A stretch of DNA of 64,000 nt from the NCBI RefSeq assembly GCF_018350175.1, contig NC_058368.1, positions 132,496,001 to 132,560,000 of the forward strand, given 5' to 3'. The notes below the pieces were generated by a model. The model ran no database searches. It had not been told where the DNA came from and worked only from the letters and a program-made list of their open reading frames with translations. The first letter of the stretch is position 1; each line of letters starts with the position of its first letter. The position numbers and the translations under genes are program-made. This document shows, piece by piece, positions 27,461-40,524 of this stretch. This DNA comes from Felis catus. Taxonomy: Eukaryota.

Positions 27461-27952
27461 ACATATGGATAAAGGTCCCAAACATGAGATCCAAAAATAG
27501 AAAACTCTTAGAAGAAAACACAATGCAAAATTTTCTTGATAATGGATTTGGAGTGATTTCCTGGATATAACACCAAAAACACATTCAACTAAAGCAAAAA
27601 TAGACAAATCGGACCATGTCAATCTTAAAAACTTCTGTGAATCAAAGGACACTACCAAGAGAGTGAAGAAGCAACCTACAGAATGGGAGAGAGTATTTGC
27701 CAATCATATATGTAATCATGGACCCCTATCCAGAATATATAAGGAACTCCTAAGGCTCAACAACAACAACAAAAATCAAATAATTTAAAAACAGGCAAGG
27801 AACTTGTACAAAATTTCTCCAAAGAAGATATAAAATGGCCAATAAGCATGTGAAAAGCTCAACTTCATTAATCATCAGAGAAATGCAAACCAAAACCACA
27901 ATGAGATATCACCTCACACCCAGCAGGATGGCTACAATCTAAAACAAGAACA

Positions 27953-28163
27953 GGGGCACCTGGATAGCTCAGTGGGTTGAGTGTGTGACTCTTGACTTTG
28001 CCTTGGGTCATGGTCCCAGGGTCCTGGGATTGAGCCATACATCAGACTCTGCACTGAGCATGGAGCCTGCCTAAGATTCTCTCTCTCCCTCTGCCTCTCT
28101 CCCCAACTTGTGCACTCTCTCTCCCCCTCTCTAAAATAAAAAATAAAGAAAACAAAAACAAAA
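27953..28163 (+). mobile_element. CAN-SINE
   Basis: SINE head, CT tract, A-rich tail. Confidence 0.8.
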
Positions 28164-29070
28164 ATTAACATGTGTTGGTGAAAATGTGGAGAAATTGCAA
28201 CCCTTGTGCACTGTTGGCAGGAATTACAATATGGTGCAACCACTATGGAAAACAACATTTCCTCAAAAAATAAAAAAAATTAAAAATAGAACTACCATAT
28301 CCAGTAATTTCATTTCTGGATCTATATCCCAAAGAAATAAAAGCAAGATCTCAAAGAGATAACTGAACACCCATGTTCACAGTAACACACTATTCACAGT
28401 AGCCAAAATGTGGAAGCAACCCCAATGTCCATCAGTAGATGAATGCATAAACAAAAGGTGGTATATACAAACAATGAAGTATTATTCAGCCTTAAAACAG
28501 AAGAAAATTCTGTCATACGCCACAATATGCGTGAACTTTGAGCATACTATACTAATTGAAATCAGCCAGTCACAAAAAAGACAACTACTATATGGTTCTA
28601 TTTATATGAGATATTCAGAATAGTCAAATTCAAAGAGAAAAAAATAGAATGGTAGTTACCAACAGATGGTGAGAGAGGGGAAAAGGAGACTTATTGTTTA
28701 TATGGTGTGGAGGTTCAGTTTTTCAAAATTAAAATTCCTAGAGATCTGTTTCACACAATGTGAATATACTTAACAATACTGAACTGTGTAATTAAAAATG
28801 GTTAAGATGGTAATTTTTTGTATTTTTACCACACGACACACAAAAATATGGTATATATGCACAATACAGTACCTTGAGGTTGTAAAAAGTAATAGAAAAT
28901 ATCACATACTACTGCTATGGAGTAATCTCCAGGACATACAAGTATGTCAAAAGAACATCGTGGAGAAATGTGTAATGTAGTTTACCTTTAAATGTGATCA
29001 AAGTGCATACAAATATATAGATGTATTTCTCTATATTTTTTAAATGATGAATAAAATTAAGAAAAAAACT

Positions 29071-29655
29071 CTTTTTTTTTTTTTTTAAGTTTTTAAAGTT
29101 TATGTATTTTGAAGAGAGAACAAGCATGGAAGGAACAGAGAGAGAAGGAGAGAAACAGAATCCCAAGCGGGCATCGCACTATCAATGAGGAATCCAATGT
29201 GGGGCTTGAATTCATGAATCCAAGATCATGACCTGAGCCCAAATCAAGAGTCAGACACTCAAACGACTGAGCAACCCAGGAGCCCCAAAACTAGGAAAAA
29301 ATTCTTTATGGTTTTCTATGAAGAAAGGAGGGAAAATGTGGAGGGGTCAGGGATAGAAGCTAGACTTCTCTAAATGAATTCTGCTTTGTAGATTTGACTC
29401 TGGACTATGTAAATGTTTCACATAATTATAAAACAAGATTAAGTTTTGGGGTGCCTAGGTGGCTCGGTCAATTAAATGTTTGACTCTTGATTTCAGCACA
29501 GGTTATGATCTCACTGTCGTGAGATTGTTGCCAGTGGAGACTGCTTGGCGTTCTTTCTCCCTCTCTCTCTGCCTCGCCCCTGCTTGTGCACATGCTTGCA
29601 CACACCCTCTCTCTCTCTCTCTCTCTAAAAACAAATAAATAAACTTTTAAAAAAG
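29071..29655. mobile_element. Two divergently oriented CAN-SINEs
   Basis: About 29071-29286 (-) and 29448-29655 (+, TSD aacaagattaagttt). Confidence 0.8.
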
Positions 29656-32600
29656 AACAAGATTAAGTTTAAAAAAAAAAAGTACCTAAAAAGAGAAAGC
29701 AAAATTAAATACATGAACCTTTTAAATTAGGGGGAATTCAGTTTAAAAGAGACCAAAACACAACAACCAAATGTCAAGTATAAGCCTTATTTAGCTGGAT
29801 TCTGTTTCCAGAAAAAAACAAAAAAATTTAACCATCTGGGAAATTTCAATAACTAACTGGATAATGGTTAATATTAGAGATTATTAATTTTTTTAGGTTT
29901 TATAACAGTATTTTGGTTATGTATTTTTTTAAAGCCTTTACCTTTTAGAAATACACACAAAAATATTTCATAGATGAAATATGTTGGGGTTTATTTCAAA
30001 ATAACCTCGGAGACTGCAGATAGAAAGGGGAATGGGGATAAGGACAGATGAAATTAAAAACTGGGAGTAAAGATGGCCGAGTAGTACAGGGACCCTGAGC
30101 TTGTCTTGTCCCCTGAAACATAGCTAGATCAGCATCAAACCATTTTGAATACCTAGGAAATTGATGGATGGCAAAGAAAAGCACTACCCCTGAAAGTAGC
30201 TGGAAAGAGAGAAACAGTGAAAATACTCACAGAGGACTTGACAAGAAATCTATTCCCCAAAACCAGTGACAAGGAGAAAGGAGAGTGTTTCAATATCACC
30301 AGAATTCTACAAACAGTGGAGTGCAGAGTCTGAAGGTTCAGAGCTCAGTGCCTGCCACTGCTCTGGTGAGGAAGCAGGGCGAATCCCCAGGAGCAGGCAG
30401 TGAGTCTGAGGGGTCTGTGTGCCACATGAGGAGAACCAGTTCCCCTGCTTGGAGTGCATTTGGTAGATGCCATATAGCCTTCTTGTGGGCAAAAGTCCCA
30501 GCAGACCCCTGAGAGCAGCCACGTTTTCTGGTACTGGGACAAAGATGCCAGAGTGCAGCAAAACCTGGCATTGGTTGTGTGTTGTGATCTCCATAAACTG
30601 AGACTCTAATTAAAAATTACATGGAAGCCAATGAAAATGAAAACACGACAGTCCAAAATCCTTGGGATGCAGTGTAGGTGGTCATAAGAGATAAGTATAT
30701 AGCAATCCAGGCCTTCCCAAAGAAGGAAAAAAGGTCTCAGAAACACAACCTAACTTACACTTAAAGGAGCTGGAAAAACAACAGCAAATAAAGCCCAAAA
30801 CCAGCAGAAGAGAAATAATAGATTAGAGCAGAAATCAATTATTGAAATAAAAAAAAAAAAAACAGTAGAACAGATAAATGAAACTAAGTGCTGGTTCTTT
30901 GAAAGAATTTTTAAAAATTGATGAACACCTAGCCAGATTTATCAAAAAGAAAAAGGGCCTGAATAAATAAAATCACGAATTAAAGAGGAGAGAGCACAAC
31001 CAACACCACAGAAATAAAAACAATAATAAGAGAATATTATGAATAATTATATGCCAACAAGTTGGGCAATTTGGAAAAAAGGGATAAATTCCTAGAAGCA
31101 TATAAACTACCCCAACTGAAGAATAAATAGAAAGTTTGAACAGACCCATAATCAGTAAAGAAATTGAATCAGCAATGAAAAATCTCCCAACAATCAAGAG
31201 TCCCAAGCCAATGGCTTCCCAGAGGCATTCTACCAAACATTTACACAAAAGTAAATACCTATTCTTTTGAAGCTAGTCCAAAAAATAGAAATGGAAGGAA
31301 AACTTCCAAACTCATTCTATGAGGCCAGCTTTACCCTGATCCCCAAACCACACAACAGCCCTCCAAAAAAGAAAATTACAGATCAATTTCCCTGATGAAC
31401 ATGGATGCAAAAATCCTCAACAAGATATTACTAAATCAAATCCAACAATACTTTAAAATAATTCTTTACCATGATCAAATGGAATTTATTCCTGGGCTGT
31501 AGGGCTGGTTCAATGTCTGTAAATCAATCAATGTGATACATCACACTCATAAAGGAAACAATAAGAATCACAGGATCCTTATCCTGTGCAAAAAAAAGCA
31601 TTTAACAAAATACTGCATCCTTTCTTGATAAAAACCCTCAGGAAAATATGGACAGAAGGAGCATACCTCAACATCATAAAGACCATATGCAAAAGACCTG
31701 CAATATTAACCTCAATGAGGAAAAACTGAGAGTTTTTCCCTTAAGGGCAGGAACATGACAGGGATGTCTATTCTCAAGACTGTTGTTCAATGTTGTACAG
31801 GAATTCCTAGCCTCAGAGAACAAAAAAGAAATAAAAGGCATCCAAACTGGCAAGGAAGAAGGCAGACTTTCACTCTTTGCAGACAACATGATATTCTACT
31901 GGAAAACCTGAAAGACTCCACCAAAAAACTGCTAGAACTGATACATGAAGTCGTAGGATATGAAGTCAACATACTGAAATCTGTTTCATTTCTATGTGCC
32001 AATAACGAAGCAGCAGAAAGACAAATCAAGGAATCGATCCCATGTACAATTGTACCAAAAACCATAAGATATCTAACCAAAGAGGTAAAAGATGTGTATG
32101 CTGAAAACTATAGAAAGCTTATGAAAGAAATTGAAGAAGACACAAAGGAATGGAAAAATATTTCATGCTCCTGGATAGGAAGAATACTGTTAAAATGTCT
32201 ATACTACCCACTCTACACATTCAATGCAATCCCTGTCAAAACAACACCAGCATTCTTTACAGAGCTAGAACAAACAGTTCTAAAATTTATATGGAACCAT
32301 AATAGACCCCAAATAGCCAAACTAATACTGAAAAAGAAAACCAAAGCTGGAGGCATCACAATTCCAGACTTCAAGCTGTATTACAAAGCTGCAATCATCA
32401 AAACAGTATGGTACTGGCACAACATCAGACATATAGATCAATGCAACAGAACAGAGAACCCAGAAATGGACCCACAAATGTATGGCCAACTAATCTTTGA
32501 CAAAGCAGGAAAGAATATCCAATGAAAAATTTTGCTGGGAAAAGTGGACAGCAACATGCTGAAGCAGATCACTTTCTTACACCATACACAAAAATAAACT

Positions 32601-32898
32601 CAAAATGGATGGAAGACCTAAATGTAAGACAGGAAACAATCAAAGCCTAGAGGAGAAAACAGGCAACAACCACTTTGACCTTGGCCACAGCAACTTCTTA
32701 CTAGACAGGTCTCTAGAGGCAAGGGAAACAAAATAAAAAATTAACTATTGGGACCTTATCGAAATAAAAGGCTTCTGCACAGCAAAGGAAACAATCAGCA
32801 AAACTAAAAGGCAACCAACAGAATGGGAGAAGATATTTGCAAATGACATATTGGACAAAGGATTAGTATCCAAAATCTATAAAGAATTTATCAAACTC

Positions 32899-33120
32899 GG
32901 GGTGCCTGGGTGGCTTGGTCGGTTAAGCGTCCGACTTCGGCTCAGGTCATGATCTCACAGTCCATGAGTTCGAGCCCCGCGTTGCGCTCTGTGCTGACAG
33001 CTCAGAGCCTGGAGCCTGTTTCAGATTCTGTGTCTCCCTCTCTCTCTGACCCTCCTCCGTTCATGCTCTGTCTCTCTCTGTCTCGAAAATAAATAACCAT
33101 TAAAAAAAATTTTTTTTTAA
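32899..33120 (+). mobile_element. Felid-type CAN-SINE inserted in L1
   Basis: TSD aatttatcaaactc. Confidence 0.88.
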
Positions 33121-33614
33121 AAATTTATCAAACTCAACACCCAAAAAACAAATAATTCAGTGAAAGAAATGGGCAAAAGACATGAACAGACACTTTTCCA
33201 AAGACAACATCCAGATGGCTTTACAGACACATGAAAAAATGCTCAACATCACTCATCACCAGGGAAATACAAATCAAAACCACAATGAGATACTACCTCA
33301 CACCTGTCAGAAAGGCTAATATTAACAACTCAGGAAACAAGAGATGTTGGAAAGGATGTAAAGAAAGGAAAACAGTCTTGCACTGCTGATGGGAATGCAG
33401 ACTGGTATAGACACTCTAGAGAACAGTAAGGATGTTCCTCAAAAATTTAAAAAGTGCTACCCTACAACCTAGCAATTGCACTACTAGGTATTTATTCAAA
33501 GCATACAAAAATACAGATTCAAAGGGGCACATGCACCCCAGTATCTATAGCAGCACTATCAATAATAGCCAAATTATGGAAAGAGCTCAAATGTCCATCG
33601 AATGATGAATGGAT

Positions 33615-34012
33615 AAAGAAGATGTGGTTTATACATACAATGGAATACTACTTGGCAATGAGAAAGAATGAATTCTGGCCATTTGCAGCAACATAGATGG
33701 AACTGGAAGGTATTATGCTGAGTGAAATAAGTCAGAGAAAGACATATCATATGTTCTCACTCATACATAGATCTTGAGAAATTAAACAGAAGACCTTGGG
33801 GGAGGGGAAGGGGGAAAAAAAGTTACAGAGAGGGAGAGAGGGAAACCATAAGAGACTCCTGGATACTAAAACAAACTTAGGGTTGATGGGGGAGTGGGGA
33901 AGAGGGGAAAGCGGGTGATGGGCATTGAGGAGGGCACTTGCTGGGATGAGCACTGGGTGTTGTATGGAAACCAATTCGTCAATGAATTATATTAAAAAAA
34001 AGAAGATGTGGT
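33615..34012 (+). mobile_element. Short L1 3' end nested in the older L1
   Basis: Own G-rich tract and A tail; flanked by AAAGAAGATGTGGT direct repeats. Confidence 0.75.
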
Positions 34013-34642
34013 ATATATACACAATGGAATACTACTTGGCAACCAAAAAGAATGAAATCTTGCTACTTACAACAATGTGGATGCAATGGGAATGTATTAT
34101 GCTAAGCAAAATAAGTTAGTCAGAGACAGAAAAATATCATATGATTTCACTCATATGTGGAATTTAAGAAACAAAACATGAATGTAGGGGAAGGGAAGGA
34201 AAAATAAGATAAAAACAGAGACGGAGGCAGGCAAACCATAACAGATTCTTAAATACAGAGAACAAACTAAGGGTTGTTGGAGGGGAGGGGGTGGGGGTGG
34301 GCTAAATGGGTGATGGGCAGTAAGGACAGCACTTGTTAGGATGAGCAATGAGTGTTATATAAGTGATGAATCACTAAATTCTACTCCTGAAACCATTATT
34401 ACACTATATGTTAACTAACTTGGATTTAAATAAAGAAAAAAAGGGGTTTTAATTGTCAAAGTAGATGATGGGTACAGGGAGATTCATTATACCACTTTTC
34501 ATTTTCCAATGATGAAAGTTTAAAAAAAAAACAACAAAAAACCATGAATTTCTTAATTGTCTCTTCAAGGTGATTATCATGGAATATAAAACAATCATGA
34601 TCTGTCAGAAACCACACCTAAAAATGAAATATAGTACATTAC

Positions 34643-34777
34643 CTTTGTAAAAGTGACAGGGATGCTGGCATCCAATTGAATGTGATCTGCAACCTCTGTA
34701 AACTGCTGCTGCTGTTTTTGCAATGTTTCCAGTAACCTTGTAATTTCCTGTTTTGCCAAAACAACTCTACAATCATC
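34643..34777 (-). CDS. TRIM23: TRIM23 exon 7
   Basis: DDCRVVLAKQEITRLLETLQKQQQQFTEVADHIQLDASIPVTFTK; ttctag / gtaatg. Confidence 0.95.
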
Positions 34778-35294
34778 CTAGAAAAGAGAATACAGTTTTC
34801 CTGTAAACTTATTACAGAAATAAGGGAAAAAGAGATATCACCAAAACTCAAGAAAAGTTCATCTAACATCATAGTATTAAAGGTTAACTTAAATGTAAAT
34901 TTAACTAGGATAATAATAATAAGTGGGCATTAATAAATAATTTAAGACCCTTTCAAGAGAAGAAAAGATAAATAAATTGTGGTATATTCACAAAGGCCAC
35001 AATGAGAATGAGCCACAATTATACCTGATGATTTGAATTTCACAATGTCAAATAGAAGAAAGGACATGAAGAGTTCATTCTGTATGATTCCATTTTTATT
35101 AATACCAAAACAGACAAAAATAAGATATGCATTAGAAGTCAGGTTTATCCTTAGGGGGGAAGTTATCAGAAGAGAGTCTGAGGGGTATCTTGGGGCGCTG
35201 GTAATGTTCTGTTACATGATCTGGATGCTGGTTATACAGCAACTAGCCAGGTGAACACTTACGCACACATTTCTGTATGTATGTTGTACTTATT

Positions 35295-35495
35295 ATTTTT
35301 AATGTTTATTATTTAATTTTGAGAGCAAGAGAGAGCAAATGTGAGTGGGGGAGGGGCAGAGAGAGAGGGAGAGAGAGAGAATCCCAAGCAGGCTCCGCAC
35401 TGCCAGCAAGGAACCCTGAACTCACACACTGTGAGATCATAACCTGAGCCGAAATTGAGTCAGATGCTTCGCTGGCTGAGCTACCCAGACGCCCC
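35295..35495 (-). mobile_element. CAN-SINE
   Basis: TSD atgttgtacttat. Confidence 0.8.
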
Positions 35496-35849
35496 TGCAT
35501 GTTGTACTTATATAAAAAGGTTTTTAAATAACTTAAGATATATATGTACTGGTTTTTTTAAAAATGGGACTACATGTAAAATTGAAAAGTCTCCCTCTCC
35601 CTCTAGATCCCCAGACTCTTTCTTCAAAGTCAAGCACTTTCCAGTTTCTACAACATTATTCCAGAGATTTTCTACACAGACACCAATATATTCTTCCTAA
35701 GACAGAGATCTTCAAACAATATGGAAGCTCCATGAAAGCAGCAGTATTTGCAGTTTTTGCTCACTGTTGCATATTTATATTAGTCAATTATTAACTAACA
35801 AACTTTGCTTATAAGTTGCATGTTGTTCCAGTTATTCATAACAAAAGCC

Positions 35850-36630
35850 TTTAAGAAATTCCTGCTTCTACTCTCTCATGCCCCAAATACAAACAAATCC
35901 TATTAGGTATCCAGAATTTGGACACTTCACTCCACTACCCAAGCCAGTATTCTCTCTCACATGGAATTCTACAACAGCCTAACTCCTTTTCTTTAACTCT
36001 TTCCTTCCATCTTTGCCCTCCTCCAATCTGTTTTTTACACATCAAAGTGATCATTTTAAGTAAGATCAAGTCATTCTTGTCAAAATTTCACAATGGCTTC
36101 TCTATTTTAATCAGTAAAAGCTGAAGCTTTTCCAGTGGCCCACAAAGCCTTCGTTACATATAATTCCCTATTACTTCTGATTATAGCTCCTATTTCTCTC
36201 TCCTTCATTAGCTATATGCCAGCCACAGTGGCCTCTTTTGCTGTTCCTCAAATACACCAGACATGGTGTCCTAGGGTTTTTCTCTAATGGGTTTCCTCAG
36301 TGGGAATATTCTTCCCTATATTAGGGCTTGAATAAATTCCTTCACCTTTTTCTTTTTTGAGGCTTTACTCAAATCTCACCTATTCTTAATGATTTTTACC
36401 CTGATCACTTTTTCTTTTGTCCTTAGTTCTTACCACTATTCTAACATTTTACATAATTTACTTATTTAGATAAGGATATGATTTATTGTCTTATCTTCTC
36501 CTTGCTAAAATGCTAATTCCACAAGATTATATAGCTTTTTGTTTGTCTTGTTTACCAGTATATCCCATGTTATCTAGAAGTACCTAGCACACAGTAGGCA
36601 CTCAAAACTTATTTGCTAAAAGAATAGACA
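35850..36630. mobile_element. Degenerate L2
   Basis: Ends cctagcacacagtaggcactcaaaa.tatttg, the L2 3' terminus. Confidence 0.55.
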
Positions 36631-36807
36631 AATCCTCACCACTTAGCTTCATGCCTTGAACTTAGATGATGCATCATTTTTTTTTTTTTTTTTTTTGGAG
36701 GGGAAGGATGATTAAGCTTTGTTCTCAAAATTGATAATAACGTGTGATGTTCTATCCATTCTTCTGTTCAATTATCTCTGTGGCAGGAACTGTTAAGAAT
36801 ATTGGTT

Positions 36808-36973
36808 GGGGGGATGCCTGGGTGGCTCAGTTGGTTAAACATCCGACGTTGGCTCAGGTCAAATATTATGGTTCAAATTTGAGTCCTGCATCAGGCTCTG
36901 CGCTGACAGCCCAGAGCCTGGAGTATGCTTCAGGATCTGTGTCTTCCTCTGTCTCTATCCCTCCCCTGCTTTT

Positions 36974-37004
<31 letters not shown>

Positions 37005-37045
37005 TGAAAATAAACATTGAAAACAATTTTTAACAATAAAAAAAA
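36808..37045 (+). mobile_element. CAN-SINE
   Basis: TSD aagaatattggttgggg. Confidence 0.85.
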
Positions 37046-37429
37046 GAATATTGGTTGGGGTTAGGGTTCTATGACTTTAAAAACCAAAGATGATATGAAG
37101 AATGACTCTAAGACCCTAACTTCATTTGCATTAACATAGTGAAATAATACCATATCATTAAAAATCACCAATCACTTTGATGAAATGCTTCAGAAATTCT
37201 AACCTCCAAATATTTCAGTAACTATAAACATACTTTTTAACAGAATAAATATAAAAATACTTTTACGTATTCAAGTAAACGAGATCTAGATGTAATCCAT
37301 TTCTGATTTTTCTGTGTAGCTTGATTACCCATCATAACTGAACAAATATTTATTAAGTTCCTTCTACCTAGATACAAAGATGAACAAGATGCATGCAGTC
37401 AACATAGAGAAGAATGAAGAATGCATATT

Positions 37430-37925
37430 GTTCAGGTTCGAATTAGTAGAGGAAAACCACACCACTTATGTAAACAGAAAGAATTTACTATGAAGAACTG
37501 CTAACTAGGTGTAGTTATTAACTAGGTAACTAAAAGGGTAAAAAGTACTCAGAGGTATCATGTGGGAAAGCAAATGTAGGAAGCAGCTATCACGCCCCAG
37601 GAAAGGGGGAATAAAAGGCACATGCTAGAATTATTAAAACTTAGAAACTTATAGGAAAGTCCCCACGGATCTTAAGCTCAGGTCTCTAAGGAAAGTGGTA
37701 TCTTCTTGTGAGCAGTGAAATTCACAGGAACCCAAGTAAATGGGAACCAACGGGAAACTAACTCTACCTTCCAACCTTCCTTTCCCGTCCCCTGTTGATG
37801 GAGCCTAAACTAACAAGAAGCTGGCAAAGCCGATATGTGGTTTGTAGAGTTCTAGTCCAAAAATCACAGGGCAGAAGAAAGAAGAATAGGACTGAAGTTC
37901 AAGGCAATTTAATAAATGGCATACA
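37430..37925. mobile_element. Possible MaLR (MLT1-like) solo LTR
   Basis: aaaccacaccact...aaacagaaagaatttactatgaagaactg resembles an MLT1 terminus; family assignment from memory. Confidence 0.4.
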
Positions 37926-38888
37926 CATCAATTATTATAATTCAATATGATAAGCTCAAGACTTTTGTGGTTACAGCCTCACCACATTCATATAAGTCTA
38001 ATTAGATATATAAGAGAAAAAGCTTTACAATTAGTAATAAGTTTAGCTCTGCAGTGATTTGCAGTCAACACAATTACTAGCAATATGTCAATAAGGGTAA
38101 AATACACTACAGCTTACTGGGAATTCCTAGGGCAATAATTACCTTTCTATCACCAACTCATGAAAGCAGAACCAAATAGAAATGAATAAGACTGACATTT
38201 TTGCTCAAATAATCTTAAATCCAATTCATTTTAAAAGTATATTATCTGGGGGCACCTGGGTGGCTCAGTCAGTTAAGCATCCGACTCTTGATTTTGGCCC
38301 AAGTCATGATCTCATGGTATCATGATCTCATGACATGATCTGAAAACTGGTAAAACAAATTGCTTCTGATACCTCAATCATCAAAAAACATGGGATTACT
38401 GTGATATCAAAATTAAGAACCAATGAATTAGAGCAGAGATAGGTAGTACATGCTAGAAAGGCATCCAAAAAAAAAAAAAAAAAGAACAACAGAGAGTTTC
38501 AAAGAAAAGCAAACATTTGAGCTAGACTTTGAAAAAGGATTTCCACTATCAGAAAGGGGAGATATAAGCCCACCAAGCAGAAAGAATAGTACATGCTTGG
38601 TAAAGGAGAGTTAAAGGGCTTCGCATGACTAAAGAATGACAAGACATTAAAGAGTTTCTAGAATCCATAGTTTTAAGCTGGGGAGGGCACATGAAGTAGA
38701 GGACACTGATATGGTTGGTGGAGCAATTCAAGGTTAGAGACCATGCCCTAAGCACAATGTTAATGCACACAGTAACAAATAATAATAATATTAAAATATT
38801 TGTTAATAAAATAGACTAGTGCATACCTCTGATAATTATGTTTAACCTCCTTCTTAAAATATGTCCTAACCACATTTAATCTACCTAC

Positions 38889-39104
38889 TTGTTGCAAAGT
38901 CTTTTCACAATGAAGACAGGCTGTTGAAACTTGGGACAACAAAATAGTCATATCTTCTTGTTGCTGCCTGAGCCAGATCAGTTTTTCTCGAACATGAGCA
39001 TCAACAACACTTAGAGCCATTTCTTCTTGACGACACAGAGTTTCATGAAGATCAGAAAAATAAGCTCGGACACATGACCGGGCATTCTCTGCAGTACCCG
39101 GTAC
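38889..39104 (-). CDS. TRIM23: TRIM23 exon 6, coiled coil
   Basis: VPGTAENARSCVRAYFSDLHETLCRQEEMALSVVD...CEKTLQQ; tttag / gtaggt. Confidence 0.94.
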
Positions 39105-39674
39105 CTAAAGAAATAGAAATTAAACAACTTTAACCATAACAAAGATTTTATATGTGAAATAGTGAAAATTTAAATACCATCTATGTTCTTAAAAATTGCA
39201 GAATTGCTATCTCCACACAAGATCTTTCTCCTTAACCACAGCCTTTGGACATCCAACTCTTTAAATAACATCTCAAGCAAAAGAGAATACCTAATCTTCA
39301 GTCTCTTCCACTGTCAAACCTAGTTTCCTCCATCTCAATAAGTGGCAATGCCATCCTCCACATTGTTCAAGCCAAAAAACAAAAACAAAAACAAAAACAA
39401 AAACAAAACTGGAGTCACCCTTAATACTTCTCTTTCACATCCAATAACAGTCCCTCAGCAAATTCTGCTGACCACAAAACATATTCAAAACAACATACCC
39501 AAAATCTGATCAAGCCTCATCACCTTCACCTCTACTGACCTGATCTATGACATTATCATCGCTCACCTGATTATTACAATAGTTTTCTAATTGGCCTCAA
39601 TAGATCCACTACTGCCCTCTACAGAGTATTTTCCACCTAGCAGCCAGACGGATCCTTTTAAAATGTTAAGTCAG

Positions 39675-39905
39675 GGGGCACCTGGGTGGCTCCGTCGGTT
39701 AAGTCTGACTTCGGCTCAGGACATGATCTCACGGTCCGTGGGTTCAAGCCCCACGTCGGGCTCTGTGCTGACTGCTCAGAGCCTGGAGCCTGTTTCAGAT
39801 TCTGTGTCTCCCTCTCTCTCTGACCCTCCCCCGTTCATGCTCTGTCTCTGTCTCAAAAATAAATAAATGTTAAAAAAAAAAAAGAATATATTATAAAAAA
39901 AAAAA
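39675..39905 (+). mobile_element. Felid-type CAN-SINE
   Basis: TSD aaaatgttaagtcagg. Confidence 0.88.
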
Positions 39906-40194
39906 TGTTAAGTCAGGAAGATGATTATTCTTTTGCCCAAAACTCTCTAATGATTTCCCATTCCACTCAGTAAATGACAAAGTCCTTTACAGGGAGTGTT
40001 CAAGAACAGACTCCCTGAAAAAGCAACATCTGAGCAAAGACCTGAAGAAGGTGACTACAAGATTATCTTGAGGAAGAACATTTGTGGCAGAAAGAAAAGC
40101 AAATATCCATAAGACCCTTTGTGATCTCAACACCTGCTATGCTCTCCTCAATCATTCTACTCTAGATGCATTTGACCCCCTCACAGTTGCTGGG

Positions 40195-40417
40195 TTTTTT
40201 AATTGAAGTGCAGTTGACATACAATGTTGTATTAGTTCTAGGTGAATAACATACTGATCTAACAATTCTACACATTACGTGGTACTCAGCACACTAAGTG
40301 TAGTTAGTATCTGTCACCATACAACGTTATTACAGTATTACTAACTATATTCCCCATGCTGTACTTTTCATTTCCATTACTTATTTAATAACTGGAAGTT
40401 TGTACCTTTTAATCCTT
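40195..40417 (-). mobile_element. L1 3'-end fragment fused to the U6 copy
   Basis: ttttttaattgaagt..agttgacatacaatgtt..attagtt..aggtg is a typical L1 3' terminus read on the minus strand; abuts the U6 3' end. Confidence 0.75.
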
Positions 40418-40524
40418 AAAAATATGAAATACTTTACAAATTTATGTGTCATCCTCACACAGGCACCATGCTAATCTTTGCTGCATCATTCCAATTTTAG
40501 TTTATGTGCTGCCAAACTGAGAAC
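40418..40524 (-). pseudogene. U6 snRNA retropseudogene (full length, diverged)
   Basis: Reverse complement aligns end to end with U6 (GGCAGCACATA.ACTAAAATTGGAA...AAGATTAGCATGG...GGATGACAC...CATATTTT); many substitutions including the ACAGAGA box. Confidence 0.9.

Larger units (their letters stand above)
26600..28830 (+). mobile_element. Older fragmented L1 (ORF2 and 3' UTR pieces), interrupted by SINEs
   Basis: tatgctatttacaagagactcac, agagaaatgcaaaccaaaaccacaatgagata, MWKQPQCPSVDE remnants. Confidence 0.75.
30063..34443 (+). mobile_element. Carnivore L1 with 5'-UTR-like start, internal deletion, ORF2 remnant and doubled 3' end, in TRIM23 intron 7
   Basis: aagatggccgagtag start; ORF2 remnant including the 256-aa ORF 31755-32525 ([23 protein letters not shown]); A-rich tail near 34430. 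Confidence 0.9.

Noticed and set aside
30285..30594. Four overlapping ORFs on both strands
   Set aside because: They lie in GC-richer L1 5'-UTR-like sequence where stops are scarce; no recognisable protein.
31755..32525. 256-aa ORF, the longest in the track
   Set aside because: It is an L1 ORF2 remnant with a frameshifted N-terminus inside a decayed L1, not a host gene.
40418..40524. Functional U6 gene
   Set aside because: Many substitutions including the ACAGAGA box, L1 fusion with TSD, and no recognisable PSE/TATA upstream.
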